Source: Massilicoli timonensis
GTDB lineage: Bacteria; Bacillota_I; Bacilli_A; Erysipelotrichales; Erysipelotrichaceae
Length of the DNA stretch: 32,000 bases
Direction: 5' to 3'
Assembly: GCF_900199515.1 (NCBI RefSeq)
Contig: NZ_LT963433.1
Span: 268,150-300,149, forward strand
This document shows, in pieces, positions 16,639 to 24,607 of the stretch (positions are counted from its first letter, which is position 1; each line of letters starts with the position of its first letter). A program made the position numbers and the translations under genes. The notes beneath the pieces are model-generated. The model was not told where the DNA came from, ran no database searches, and saw nothing but the letters and a program-made list of their open reading frames with translations.

Positions 16639-18465
16639 CTACTTTTCATTTGATTTCGGGTCAATCGCATCACCCAGAGCATTACCGATCAAGTTAATGC
16701 TCAATGCGGCAATCAATACACAGACTGCCGGAAGGATCCACTGCCACCAGTAATTCTCGATCGTCGTTGCCTGCTGCGCCTTGTTCAGCATGTTGCCCCA
16801 TGAAGGATTAGGCGGCTGCACACCGAAGCCAAGGAAAGACAGCGCTGCTTCCTGTAACATCATGACCGCATAAGAGAGCGTCATATCAACCAATACCATG
16901 CTGATGACATTCGGCATGATATGGCGAATGATGATGGAACCTTCTTTGATTCCCATCGCTCTGGCAGCCAGTACGAAGTCCTTTTCACGTTCGATCAAGA
17001 TCTGCGCACGCACCAGACGCGCCAATCCCGGCCAGCTCAATAAACCGAGGATGATCATGATCAGATACATCTTAGATTGTGAATCCATGCTGCTGCCGAT
17101 CATGTAGGAAAGGGTAATGACCAGCGGCATAAACGGAATCGAAACGATGATTTCCGCAATACGCATCAACAGGTTGTCGATCCAACCGCCTTTGAAACCG
17201 GCAATCATTCCGACTGTCAAACCGATTGCCGATGAAATCAATACGGCAATCACACCGACTAGCAGCGTGATCTTACCGCCGTGCATCAAACGCGTCAATA
17301 CATCACGTCCCTGATCATCCGTACCTAAGATAAATCCTTCATTGCCCCACGCCGTCATTTCGCCGCTCTTGCTGATCGCGTAGCCCTGGAAGAAATCCAC
17401 AAAGATCTGTTCTGCTTCAAAATCTTCCGGAATATCTAAGATACTTTCGGCATCTTCGCCCCAGCCATAGATCTTGCCGCTTTCGCCAACTGCGAAGAAT
17501 GCGTTTTTGCCGGAATCGATCTGCACGATCTTTTCACCGAAATCAGGTACAGTGTCTAAATTAAAGGAAGTGCCGCCCCAAGCATAAACATTGCCTTCAT
17601 CATCTAAAGCCATCGCATTACGCTTGCCGGCCTTCACGGAAACGACTTTCACTTCGCCGTTTTCCAGTTCTTCCGGATAGTTCTTGAAATCTCCGCCGGA
17701 ACCGATAGCCCGTACCGTGTTATCATCCATCAATAAGATCATGCCCATGGCCGCCGCATCGGCATCCACGATATGTCCCTGATAATCATCCGGAATGATA
17801 TCCAGCTTCGTAGAGGTAACACTGCCCCAAGTATACAGATAGCCTTGATCGGTCAGCGCCGCCGAATATTCTTCATTTGCATAGACATGCACGACTTTCC
17901 CGCGCATCATGCCTTTGATCGAAACCGGCAGATTTTGCTGCTGCCAGTTCGCACGGCCCCAGCCGACGATAGAACCGCTGTTGGTAAGCGCCAGAATATG
18001 ACGATCCCCTACTGCGATCTCCTTGATGCCGGAATCTGCATTTGATGGAATTTCCAGCACATCATCCTGATCCTGCCCCCAGGCACACAGCTTCCCATCA
18101 TTTGTTAAAACGACCGAGAACGTAGCACCGGAAGCAAGCTGTTTGATATCCTCTGCCTTTACATCACAGGAACCATAATCCAAATATCCTCTCCCCGGCT
18201 GCACATTTTTCAGGATCGGCTCGGTATAAAGCGGATCCATCGGGAAAAACAGTGAACCGACAAAGGAGAACAGCAAAATGAAGATAAAGCCGATCAGACC
18301 GACCTTAGCCAAAGTATTGCTGAAGAAATTTTTAATGATCGTACGCATTGGCGACTGAATCGCTTCTTCCTCCAATACGTTGATTTCCTTTTTACCTGTA
18401 ACACTACTTCTAAACAATGATTTGAAAGAGCGTCCAAGTTTCGCGAAAAAACTTTCTTTTTTCAT
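16639..18465 (-). CDS. oppC: OppC-type ABC permease carrying an inserted seven-blade RCC1-like beta-propeller
   Basis: 608 aa. Basic N-terminus plus TM1 (res about 52-75), then seven repeats of about 40 aa of the type IKEIAVGDRHILALTNSGSIVGWG (res about 105-376). After these come the canonical OppC/DppC motif GTDDQGRDVLTRL and a BPD_transp_1 membrane domain containing EAALSFLGFGVQPP. Confidence 0.88.
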   Translation of the reverse strand: MKKESFFAKLGRSFKSLFRSSVTGKKEINVLEEEAIQSPMRTIIKNFFSNTLAKVGLIGFIFILLFSFVGSLFFPMDPLYTEPILKNVQPGRGYLDYGSCDVKAEDIKQLASGATFSVVLTNDGKLCAWGQDQDDVLEIPSNADSGIKEIAVGDRHILALTNSGSIVGWGRANWQQQNLPVSIKGMMRGKVVHVYANEEYSAALTDQGYLYTWGSVTSTKLDIIPDDYQGHIVDADAAAMGMILLMDDNTVRAIGSGGDFKNYPEELENGEVKVVSVKAGKRNAMALDDEGNVYAWGGTSFNLDTVPDFGEKIVQIDSGKNAFFAVGESGKIYGWGEDAESILDIPEDFEAEQIFVDFFQGYAISKSGEMTAWGNEGFILGTDDQGRDVLTRLMHGGKITLLVGVIAVLISSAIGLTVGMIAGFKGGWIDNLLMRIAEIIVSIPFMPLVITLSYMIGSSMDSQSKMYLIMIILGLLSWPGLARLVRAQILIEREKDFVLAARAMGIKEGSIIIRHIMPNVISMVLVDMTLSYAVMMLQEAALSFLGFGVQPPNPSWGNMLNKAQQATTIENYWWQWILPAVCVLIAALSINLIGNALGDAIDPKSNEK

Positions 18466-18482
18466 AAAATAGCCTCTCCTTC

Positions 18483-19439
18483 CTAATCAAGTTTAATACG
18501 CGGGTCGACCAGTGCATATGTCAAATCCGCAATAAAGTTGCTTATTAAGTAAACGACCGCGTAAAACATGTTCATTGCGATAACCAGATAGAAGTCGCGT
18601 CGATTTAACGCAGTCAAGAGCGTTGATCCCATACCATCCCAAACAAATACGGACTCGGTGATCATCGAACCGCCGAACAGCGTACCGATCTGTGCGATCA
18701 CGACCGTTACGATCGGAATCAAAGCGTTTCTAAACGCATGTGAATAAACGACGACTTTTTCGCTCAAACCTTTTGAACGTGCCGTACGGATATAATCTTG
18801 GCTCAGCGCATCAAGCATGGCATTGCGCACATAACGAACCGTACTTGCCAAAGAAGTGATCGTCAGCGTTATCACCGGCAACACCAAAAATCTTACCCAT
18901 TCGCCAAGTCCGCTGCCATCTACCGGCATACCGTTGCTTGGCAGCCAGCCTAAACGCAGAGCGAATACAAACACCAAACACAAACCGATAAAGAACGTCG
19001 GTACGCTCATACAAATCAAAGAAAAGACCTGCCAGAACTGATCGACAAAGGAATTTTTCTTGACCGCTGAGCGGATACCTGCCGTAATGGAAATCGTCAG
19101 TGAGAAAATTAACACAAAGAAATTCAAAATAACCGTGTTTTTCAGCGGATTGGCAATGACATTTTTCACATCGTCGTTTTTCCATGATGAAAAACCAAGT
19201 TCTCCTTGTGCGACATTGCCGATCCAAGCGACATACTGTTCGGGAAGTGATTTATCCAATCCCAACTGTTTTGTAATTTCTTCCCTTAACTGCGGGATCT
19301 GTTCCGGCTTGGCGGAAGTCGGAATCATCATTGAGACAGGATCTCCCGGCATAATTTTTGTTAAACTGAACAAAACGATCGAAATAGCAAAAATTACGGG
19401 GATCAATGATAGAATTCTCTTGATCGAGTATTTGATCAT
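18483..19439 (-). CDS. oppB: OppB-type ABC permease
   Basis: 318 aa. MIKYSIKRILSLIPVIFAISIVLF..., DPV, and the EAA loop region IRTARSKGLSEKVVVYSHAFRNALIP. Confidence 0.92.
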   Translation of the reverse strand: MIKYSIKRILSLIPVIFAISIVLFSLTKIMPGDPVSMMIPTSAKPEQIPQLREEITKQLGLDKSLPEQYVAWIGNVAQGELGFSSWKNDDVKNVIANPLKNTVILNFFVLIFSLTISITAGIRSAVKKNSFVDQFWQVFSLICMSVPTFFIGLCLVFVFALRLGWLPSNGMPVDGSGLGEWVRFLVLPVITLTITSLASTVRYVRNAMLDALSQDYIRTARSKGLSEKVVVYSHAFRNALIPIVTVVIAQIGTLFGGSMITESVFVWDGMGSTLLTALNRRDFYLVIAMNMFYAVVYLISNFIADLTYALVDPRIKLD

Positions 19440-19464
19440 AACTATAAACTCCTTTCATAAGAAG

Positions 19465-19494
19465 AAAGCGGATAGGGTTATTGCTATCCGCTTT
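19465..19494 (-). terminator. Intra-operon hairpin between oppA and oppB (partial terminator/attenuator)
   Basis: An 11-bp stem AAAGCGGATAG (19465-19475) / CTATCCGCTTT (19484-19494). On the minus strand it is followed by UUCUUCUUAU. Hairpins at this position are commonly found after the SBP gene of opp operons. Confidence 0.55.
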
Positions 19495-19530
19495 TTAATA
19501 ATCTTGAACTTTTATAATTCTAAATCAGAA

Positions 19531-21585
19531 TTATTCTTCCCAAGACAGATCGCATACGATTTCAGACCATGAAGCCATAGGACCTGTGTTGAATCCTTTC
19601 AGCTTAGCGTTATAGAAATCGAAATACTGGTTAGCGTACACTGGAATTACCGGCACGATCTCATTGAAGCGTTTCTGGAACTGGAACCATAATTCAGAAT
19701 ATTCGTCTTTCTGAGAAGGATCCAAAGAACGCATCTTCATCATCAGATCATCTAATACTTCATCTTCTGTGTTAGTCGCATTCAAAGAAGTACCTGAGAA
19801 GCCGGAATAGTATGAAGAATAGTAAGGGTCATATACCGGTGTGAATCCGGTTGCCATATTGAATGTGTGATATTTTCTCTGGCTATCCGGTTTTGCGGCA
19901 CCGTTGTAGTAGTTTTCAAGCAGACCCGCGAAGTCGGTACGTTCGATCGTGAACTTGATACCGGCTTTCGGACAGTTCTTCATCATAGAAGTTTCGATTG
20001 CATCGGTAACGGTATTGTCTTCAGTACCTAAGTGGTTGATCTGCAATACTTCGCCGTTTGCGTTGTGACGGAAGTAATCCGTTGCATTTTCCGCTTTAGA
20101 AGCGTCGAATGGCGTTACGCCGTCAGCCTCATATTTCCATTCAGTTGCATCTAATTCAGCATTTGCGTTAGCGATAGAGTAATCATAGTGATTCAGTTCT
20201 TCTTCAACACGTGCTTTATTTTCCTGATACATCCACTGTGCTACACCATAATCTGCGTATACAGTAGAACCATAGCCGCCTAATACGTTCTTGATTACTT
20301 CATCTTTTTCCAGAACATAGTTCAGCGCACGACGTACGGCAGGATCTTTTGTAGGACCGAAGTCGTTGTGGATCGGCATGTTGCCATAACCGTTACGATC
20401 GTAAGTCTGTTCTTTCAAAGAGTCGGTCGCACGTGCTTTTTCGATCTTTTCGCCTTCAACGACGCCTGTTAATACGTCTACTTCACCGGCGATCAACTGA
20501 TCCATATCCGTAGTCGCATTGACTGTTTTGATCAGAATGTTTTCGATTACCGGCTTATCGCCTTTGTAGTCGCCTTTGAAGTATTCGTTCAGCGTTAATT
20601 TTACCTGTTTGTTCTTGAAACTTACCAGTTTGTAAGGACCGGAAACAACATCCGGGTTTTTACGGTATCCGGATTTGATCTGCGGAGCGATTTCGCTCAG
20701 ATCCACGCCGACCAATTCACAACCTGCATCAGACGATACGATTTCCGCATCTTCGCCGGCTAAGTGTTTCATCGGTTTCGGATACAGCGCTACATAACTT
20801 TCTTCATAGAAGTACGGAAGCTGTGAAGCGTCGATCGTTAAAGAGAATGTGTAGTCGTCGATCTTCTTAACGCCCTGGAACACACCGTTCTTTCCTTCTG
20901 CTTCGGTCAATACCGGAATAAAGTTACCGTCCGCATCGACAGCCGGCAGGCCGTTTTCATCTTCCAGATAACCGGTAACCGGGATACGTTTACCGTTGCT
21001 ATCCAATTCGTATCCTTCGTCATCGTAAACGGTTCCGTTTTCCGCTTCGTTAGCCGCACGCAGATCCGGATCGGTTTCCTGTTTGTAGACGATGTTGTTG
21101 ATACCGCCTTCTTCTTCCGTTGCCAAACCTTTGTGATACTTTTCATAACCTAACAGCGCGTCACCTGTCGAATCGGCTGCCAACTGCGCTACCCATTCAT
21201 CGGAAGCGATCAGCAGCAGGTTGAAGATGAAATCATCCGCTGTCATGTCGGAACCATCAGACCATTTCAGATCTTCCGCAAGTTTGAAAGTATAAGTTTT
21301 GTTGCCTGCTTCATCTACTTCCGTAGACGGTTCTTCTTTCAGAATTGACTGATTCCAAACAAACGCCCCTTCTGCATCCGTGTCATACGTCGTATAGTAG
21401 TTGTGCAGTAAGTTTTTCACCTCAAGGTCGTAACTGGAGTTACCGAAACCTTCGATGAAATCACCGTTCATTTCCTGCGACGCTACTCGTAACGTACCGC
21501 TCTCTTCACCGCTGTCGCCGGAGCCGCATCCTACTAAGGAAAGCCCCATAACGCCAACAGCAAATAGTGTTAAAAGTTTTTTCAT
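19531..21585 (-). CDS. oppA: Family-5 (OppA/DppA-type) substrate-binding lipoprotein, oversized
   Basis: The start was moved to ATG 21585 with an AGGAGG RBS. Signal peptide and lipobox MKKLLTLFAVGVMGLSLVGC-GSG. SBP_bac_5-like body of about 684 aa. Confidence 0.88.
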   Translation of the reverse strand: MKKLLTLFAVGVMGLSLVGCGSGDSGEESGTLRVASQEMNGDFIEGFGNSSYDLEVKNLLHNYYTTYDTDAEGAFVWNQSILKEEPSTEVDEAGNKTYTFKLAEDLKWSDGSDMTADDFIFNLLLIASDEWVAQLAADSTGDALLGYEKYHKGLATEEEGGINNIVYKQETDPDLRAANEAENGTVYDDEGYELDSNGKRIPVTGYLEDENGLPAVDADGNFIPVLTEAEGKNGVFQGVKKIDDYTFSLTIDASQLPYFYEESYVALYPKPMKHLAGEDAEIVSSDAGCELVGVDLSEIAPQIKSGYRKNPDVVSGPYKLVSFKNKQVKLTLNEYFKGDYKGDKPVIENILIKTVNATTDMDQLIAGEVDVLTGVVEGEKIEKARATDSLKEQTYDRNGYGNMPIHNDFGPTKDPAVRRALNYVLEKDEVIKNVLGGYGSTVYADYGVAQWMYQENKARVEEELNHYDYSIANANAELDATEWKYEADGVTPFDASKAENATDYFRHNANGEVLQINHLGTEDNTVTDAIETSMMKNCPKAGIKFTIERTDFAGLLENYYNGAAKPDSQRKYHTFNMATGFTPVYDPYYSSYYSGFSGTSLNATNTEDEVLDDLMMKMRSLDPSQKDEYSELWFQFQKRFNEIVPVIPVYANQYFDFYNAKLKGFNTGPMASWSEIVCDLSWEE

Positions 21586-21623
21586 CTGCTTACCTCCTAT
21601 CAATCTGTATTGATAATACCTGT

Positions 21624-21652
21624 ATTATACATGATGGTTTTCAGTTTTTCAA
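21624..21652 (-). promoter_or_regulatory. Sigma-A type promoter of the opp operon
   Basis: Minus strand: TTGAAA (21652-21647), an exactly 17-nt spacer, then TATAAT (21629-21624), about 38 nt upstream of the oppA ATG. Confidence 0.7.
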
Positions 21653-21674
21653 TAACAAATTACACATTTTAACC

Positions 21675-21700
21675 ATTTTTTCATGAAAATATTTTCATAA
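21675..21700. promoter_or_regulatory. AT-rich overlapping-palindrome motif, copy 1 (candidate operator just upstream of the opp -35)
   Basis: TTTTTTCATGAAAATATTTTCATAA contains the palindromes TTTTCATGAAAA and GAAAATATTTTC. It resembles copy 2 at 21841-21869. Confidence 0.35.
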
Positions 21701-21840
21701 ATCGGCATTTCTTGGCCTTTTCTGTTTTTTCAAAAAATCAGAAATATCAAAAAAGCCTTTATTTATCAGCTATTTTTCCATTATCGGCGCACTGTTCGAA
21801 CCATTTGGCACACATCCCACAAAAGTCCACATTTCGGTTT

Positions 21841-21869
21841 CATTTTCATTGAAATATTTTTCATTCATG
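21841..21869. promoter_or_regulatory. AT-rich motif, copy 2
   Basis: CATTTTCATTGAAATATTTTTCATTCATG has the same word order as copy 1 with single-base indels, about 165 bp away. Confidence 0.3.
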
Positions 21870-22210
21870 TTTTTTCAATAAAATACACGATATTTTTCGT
21901 TTTTTTACCGTAGGATGACTGCCGTTTCTTAATCTCTTCATCATTTTTTACTTTTTCTCCTTTCCTGTTTCGGCGTTTCTGCCATAAGCCGCTTTCTCTC
22001 CCTGCTTCATTCACCTGCTTTCCCTTTCCTCCTTAGATCGATCCACGGCTTACTTCATATTATGAACCTACCGGCAAGCCTATTCAAAAAAAGCGATCTG
22101 CCCTTCTTTAGCAAACCGCTACCATCTGTCATCGTCATCCTTTTCCCGCTGATACTTCTATTTGCAGGTATCTGCTCAATGCGTTCATCCTTTACGAAAG
22201 CGACAATGCT

Positions 22211-22594
22211 CTACTTGCCTTGGTATTTCTTTTTGACGAATGGATTTAGCAGCGTCATGAGCAGATCGTTGCCGACCAGGATCATGCAAAGCCCGCTGTC
22301 CTTAAATGCCAGCACCAGATAACAAAGCGATGTTCCATAAGCATACACCTTATAGCGTTTCCATAGATCCGCATAACGCTCCGCCTTGATCGCCTGCATG
22401 ATCTGCCGCATATCCACCAGATAAAGCTGCATCACATCTAAATAAAGCAGCAGCGTCCAAAAGCCAAAAGGATTGCGGTCGTATAAGAAAAGCAGGATCG
22501 GCAGCGCCAGCAGTTCTAATATTGACATAAATTCGATTGTCGAGATCCGCCATTTATTTTTCATGTTCTTCATTTGCGCCCTGCGCATAGCCAA
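22211..22594 (-). CDS. Hypothetical multi-pass membrane protein (about 120 aa)
   Basis: Three to four hydrophobic segments (ILELLALPILLFLY, FGFWTLLLYLDVMQLYLV, SLCYLVLAF, LCMILVGNDLLMTLL). No recognisable family. Start ambiguous (TTG 22594, ATG 22588/22573/22564). The only strong RBS (GAAAGGAGG) is about 19 nt upstream of the TTG. Confidence 0.5.
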   Translation of the reverse strand: MAMRRAQMKNMKNKWRISTIEFMSILELLALPILLFLYDRNPFGFWTLLLYLDVMQLYLVDMRQIMQAIKAERYADLWKRYKVYAYGTSLCYLVLAFKDSGLCMILVGNDLLMTLLNPFVKKKYQGK

Positions 22595-22652
22595 AACTGA
22601 CTTGCGCGCCGCGCCTCCTTTCTATCAGCTGTTTTATCGCTGATCGTTTGGT

Positions 22653-24527
22653 TTAGTGATCGATCTGTTCGCTGTACGTTTCCCATAAAGCGAGCAGATG
22701 TTCGATCTCATTGTGTATTTCATCGATCTGTTCATCTAATGCCTGCATTTTCTGATAATCATGATAATACTCCGGCTCGAAACGAAGCGCTCTGGCATCT
22801 TCCAGTTCTTGCTCCTTACGGGCGATCTGCTTTTCCAGCTTCGCCGCTTCCTTCGCATAATTGATCAAACGCACTTTTTTATTTTTTTCCTTGATCGGCT
22901 CTGCGCCATGATGTGCCACAACGTCTTCATGCACAGCCCCCTCTTGCTTCAAACGCTCCAGATACTCCGCGTAAGACAAAGGATAATAAGTTGCCTTGCC
23001 TGCATCGATCACCAAGATCGCCGTTGCCAGTGAACGGATAAAGTAGCGATCATGCGACACAAACAGCATCGTGCCTTCATATTCTCGCAAAGCGTTTTCA
23101 AGCGCCTCTTTCCCAGCCAGATCCAAGTGATTGGTCGGCTCATCCAAGATCAAAAAGTTAGGCTGCGCCAACATCAATTTCACAAAACTAAGCCGTACCT
23201 TCCCCCCGCCGGATAACACATCGGTCGTTTTGAATACATCTTCTCCGCTGAATAAAAATCGTCCCAGCGCCGTTCTTACCTGTGTGCGATCCAAATGAGG
23301 AAAGGCATTCCACACTTCCTCCAGCACCGTCGCATTTCGCTGAAACTGCGCCAGCTCCTGATCGAAATAACCGATCTCGATCTGATGTCCGAGCAGAAAT
23401 TCTCCGCTTCTTGCGGGAACCTGCTGCATCAGCGTTTTTACAAAGGTCGATTTCCCTTTGCCGTTGGGCCCGATCACCGCAACCTTTTCGCCCTGCATGA
23501 TCGTCAGATCGATCACCGCCAGATCATGATCATAGCCGATATGTAAATCAGCGATCGAAAGCACTCGCCTGCCGCCTTTCACCCGCGGTGTAAAACGCGC
23601 CGCAAACTGCCGATCATCCGTCTTGATCTCTTCCACCTTTTCCATGCGTTCCAGATATTTGATCTTTGATTGGGCAAAGGCAGCTTTGTTTTTCTTATAG
23701 CGGAATTTCTCGATCAATTCTTCCATCCGCTTGATTTCCTGCTGCTGTCTGGCATAGGCGCTCTTTGCCCGCTCTACGTCCTGCTTCTTCATTTCGACAT
23801 AATGGGTGTAGTTGCCCACATATTTGCGCATGACGCCAAATTCCAATTCATAGATCACATCACATACGTCATCCAGAAACATCCTGTCATGCGACACCAG
23901 CACCACCGCTTTGGGATAATGCTTCACATAGCCCTCCAGCCATTCGATCGTATCTAGGTCCAGATGATTGGTCGGCTCATCCAGCAATAAAATATCCGGC
24001 CTGGATAACAACAGCTTCACAAAACCCAAACGTGTCTTCTGCCCGCCTGAAAAAGCATAGATCGGCTTTTGCAGATCCTCTTTCGCAAAGCCGAACTTCG
24101 TGAATATGGTATGCATCTCCGCTTCCCACGTATAACCCCCGCGCTCTTCAAATTCTGTCATGACCCGCGCATATTGATCTAACAGCGCTTCCCCATAATC
24201 ATGCTCCATCTGCCTGCTCAATTCCCGCATCTTGCTTTCCAGTTCTTTCAGGCCCGCAAAAGCCAGCTTCAGCTCTGCTTCCGCTGTTCGCGATTCATCT
24301 TCAAACGTCGTCTGCGCCAAGTAGCCGATCCGCATACGATTTTCCTGATGGATCGTTCCGCTGTCCAGTTCCTCCACGCCGGCAATGATCTTCAAAAGGG
24401 TCGTTTTCCCACATCCGTTCCTGCCGACAACCGCGATTTTCTCTTTTTCTTTGATCTCAAACTGTATATTTTCAAAAACCGTTTCGACACCGAACGATTT
24501 TGTCCCTTTACTGATTTGATACTTCAT
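22653..24527 (-). CDS. ABC-F family ATPase (two NBDs, no membrane domain; translation-factor type, YdiF/Uup-like)
   Basis: 624 aa. Two Walker A sites (GRNGCGKTT, GPNGKGKST), two signatures (FSGGQKTR, LSGGGKVR), an inter-domain linker and a C-terminal coiled coil. Confidence 0.9.
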   Translation of the reverse strand: MKYQISKGTKSFGVETVFENIQFEIKEKEKIAVVGRNGCGKTTLLKIIAGVEELDSGTIHQENRMRIGYLAQTTFEDESRTAEAELKLAFAGLKELESKMRELSRQMEHDYGEALLDQYARVMTEFEERGGYTWEAEMHTIFTKFGFAKEDLQKPIYAFSGGQKTRLGFVKLLLSRPDILLLDEPTNHLDLDTIEWLEGYVKHYPKAVVLVSHDRMFLDDVCDVIYELEFGVMRKYVGNYTHYVEMKKQDVERAKSAYARQQQEIKRMEELIEKFRYKKNKAAFAQSKIKYLERMEKVEEIKTDDRQFAARFTPRVKGGRRVLSIADLHIGYDHDLAVIDLTIMQGEKVAVIGPNGKGKSTFVKTLMQQVPARSGEFLLGHQIEIGYFDQELAQFQRNATVLEEVWNAFPHLDRTQVRTALGRFLFSGEDVFKTTDVLSGGGKVRLSFVKLMLAQPNFLILDEPTNHLDLAGKEALENALREYEGTMLFVSHDRYFIRSLATAILVIDAGKATYYPLSYAEYLERLKQEGAVHEDVVAHHGAEPIKEKNKKVRLINYAKEAAKLEKQIARKEQELEDARALRFEPEYYHDYQKMQALDEQIDEIHNEIEHLLALWETYSEQIDH

Positions 24528-24607
24528 ATCATTCCTCTTTTCTCATCCACTTTCTCATCTTTTTACATCTGCTCGCACCCTTCAGCACTTCCTGTGCCGA
24601 TCACATC

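Noticed and set aside
18811-19572. Alternative-frame ORFs over oppB (18811..19227 minus, 19060..19572 plus, 19252..19458 minus)
   Set aside because: They overlap the well-supported oppB frame. Their compositions are Cys/Arg-rich or otherwise non-protein-like.
21900-22062. Short basic ORFs on the minus strand in the opp upstream region (GTG-initiated 49 codons VNEAGRESGLWQKRRNRKGEK...; ATGATG-initiated 27 codons MMKRLRNGSHPTVKKRK...)
   Set aside because: The nearest Shine-Dalgarno sequences are 12-13 nt from the starts, which is too far. The sequences are low-complexity Lys/Arg/Glu, as expected from purine-rich DNA. I have no conservation evidence. They are mentioned only as part of the intergenic finding.
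22062-22322. 86-aa ORF on the plus strand
   Set aside because: It has no RBS, overlaps the 3' end of the convergent 127-aa membrane-protein gene, and lies in a pyrimidine-rich non-coding stretch.
22653-24527. ABC-F protein as an antibiotic-resistance (ARE) ribosome-protection factor
   Set aside because: The inter-NBD linker is of ordinary housekeeping length, without the extended arm typical of Vga/Lsa/Msr/OptrA-type proteins. The context (near rex and tsaEBD, as for B. subtilis ydiF) also favours a housekeeping paralogue.
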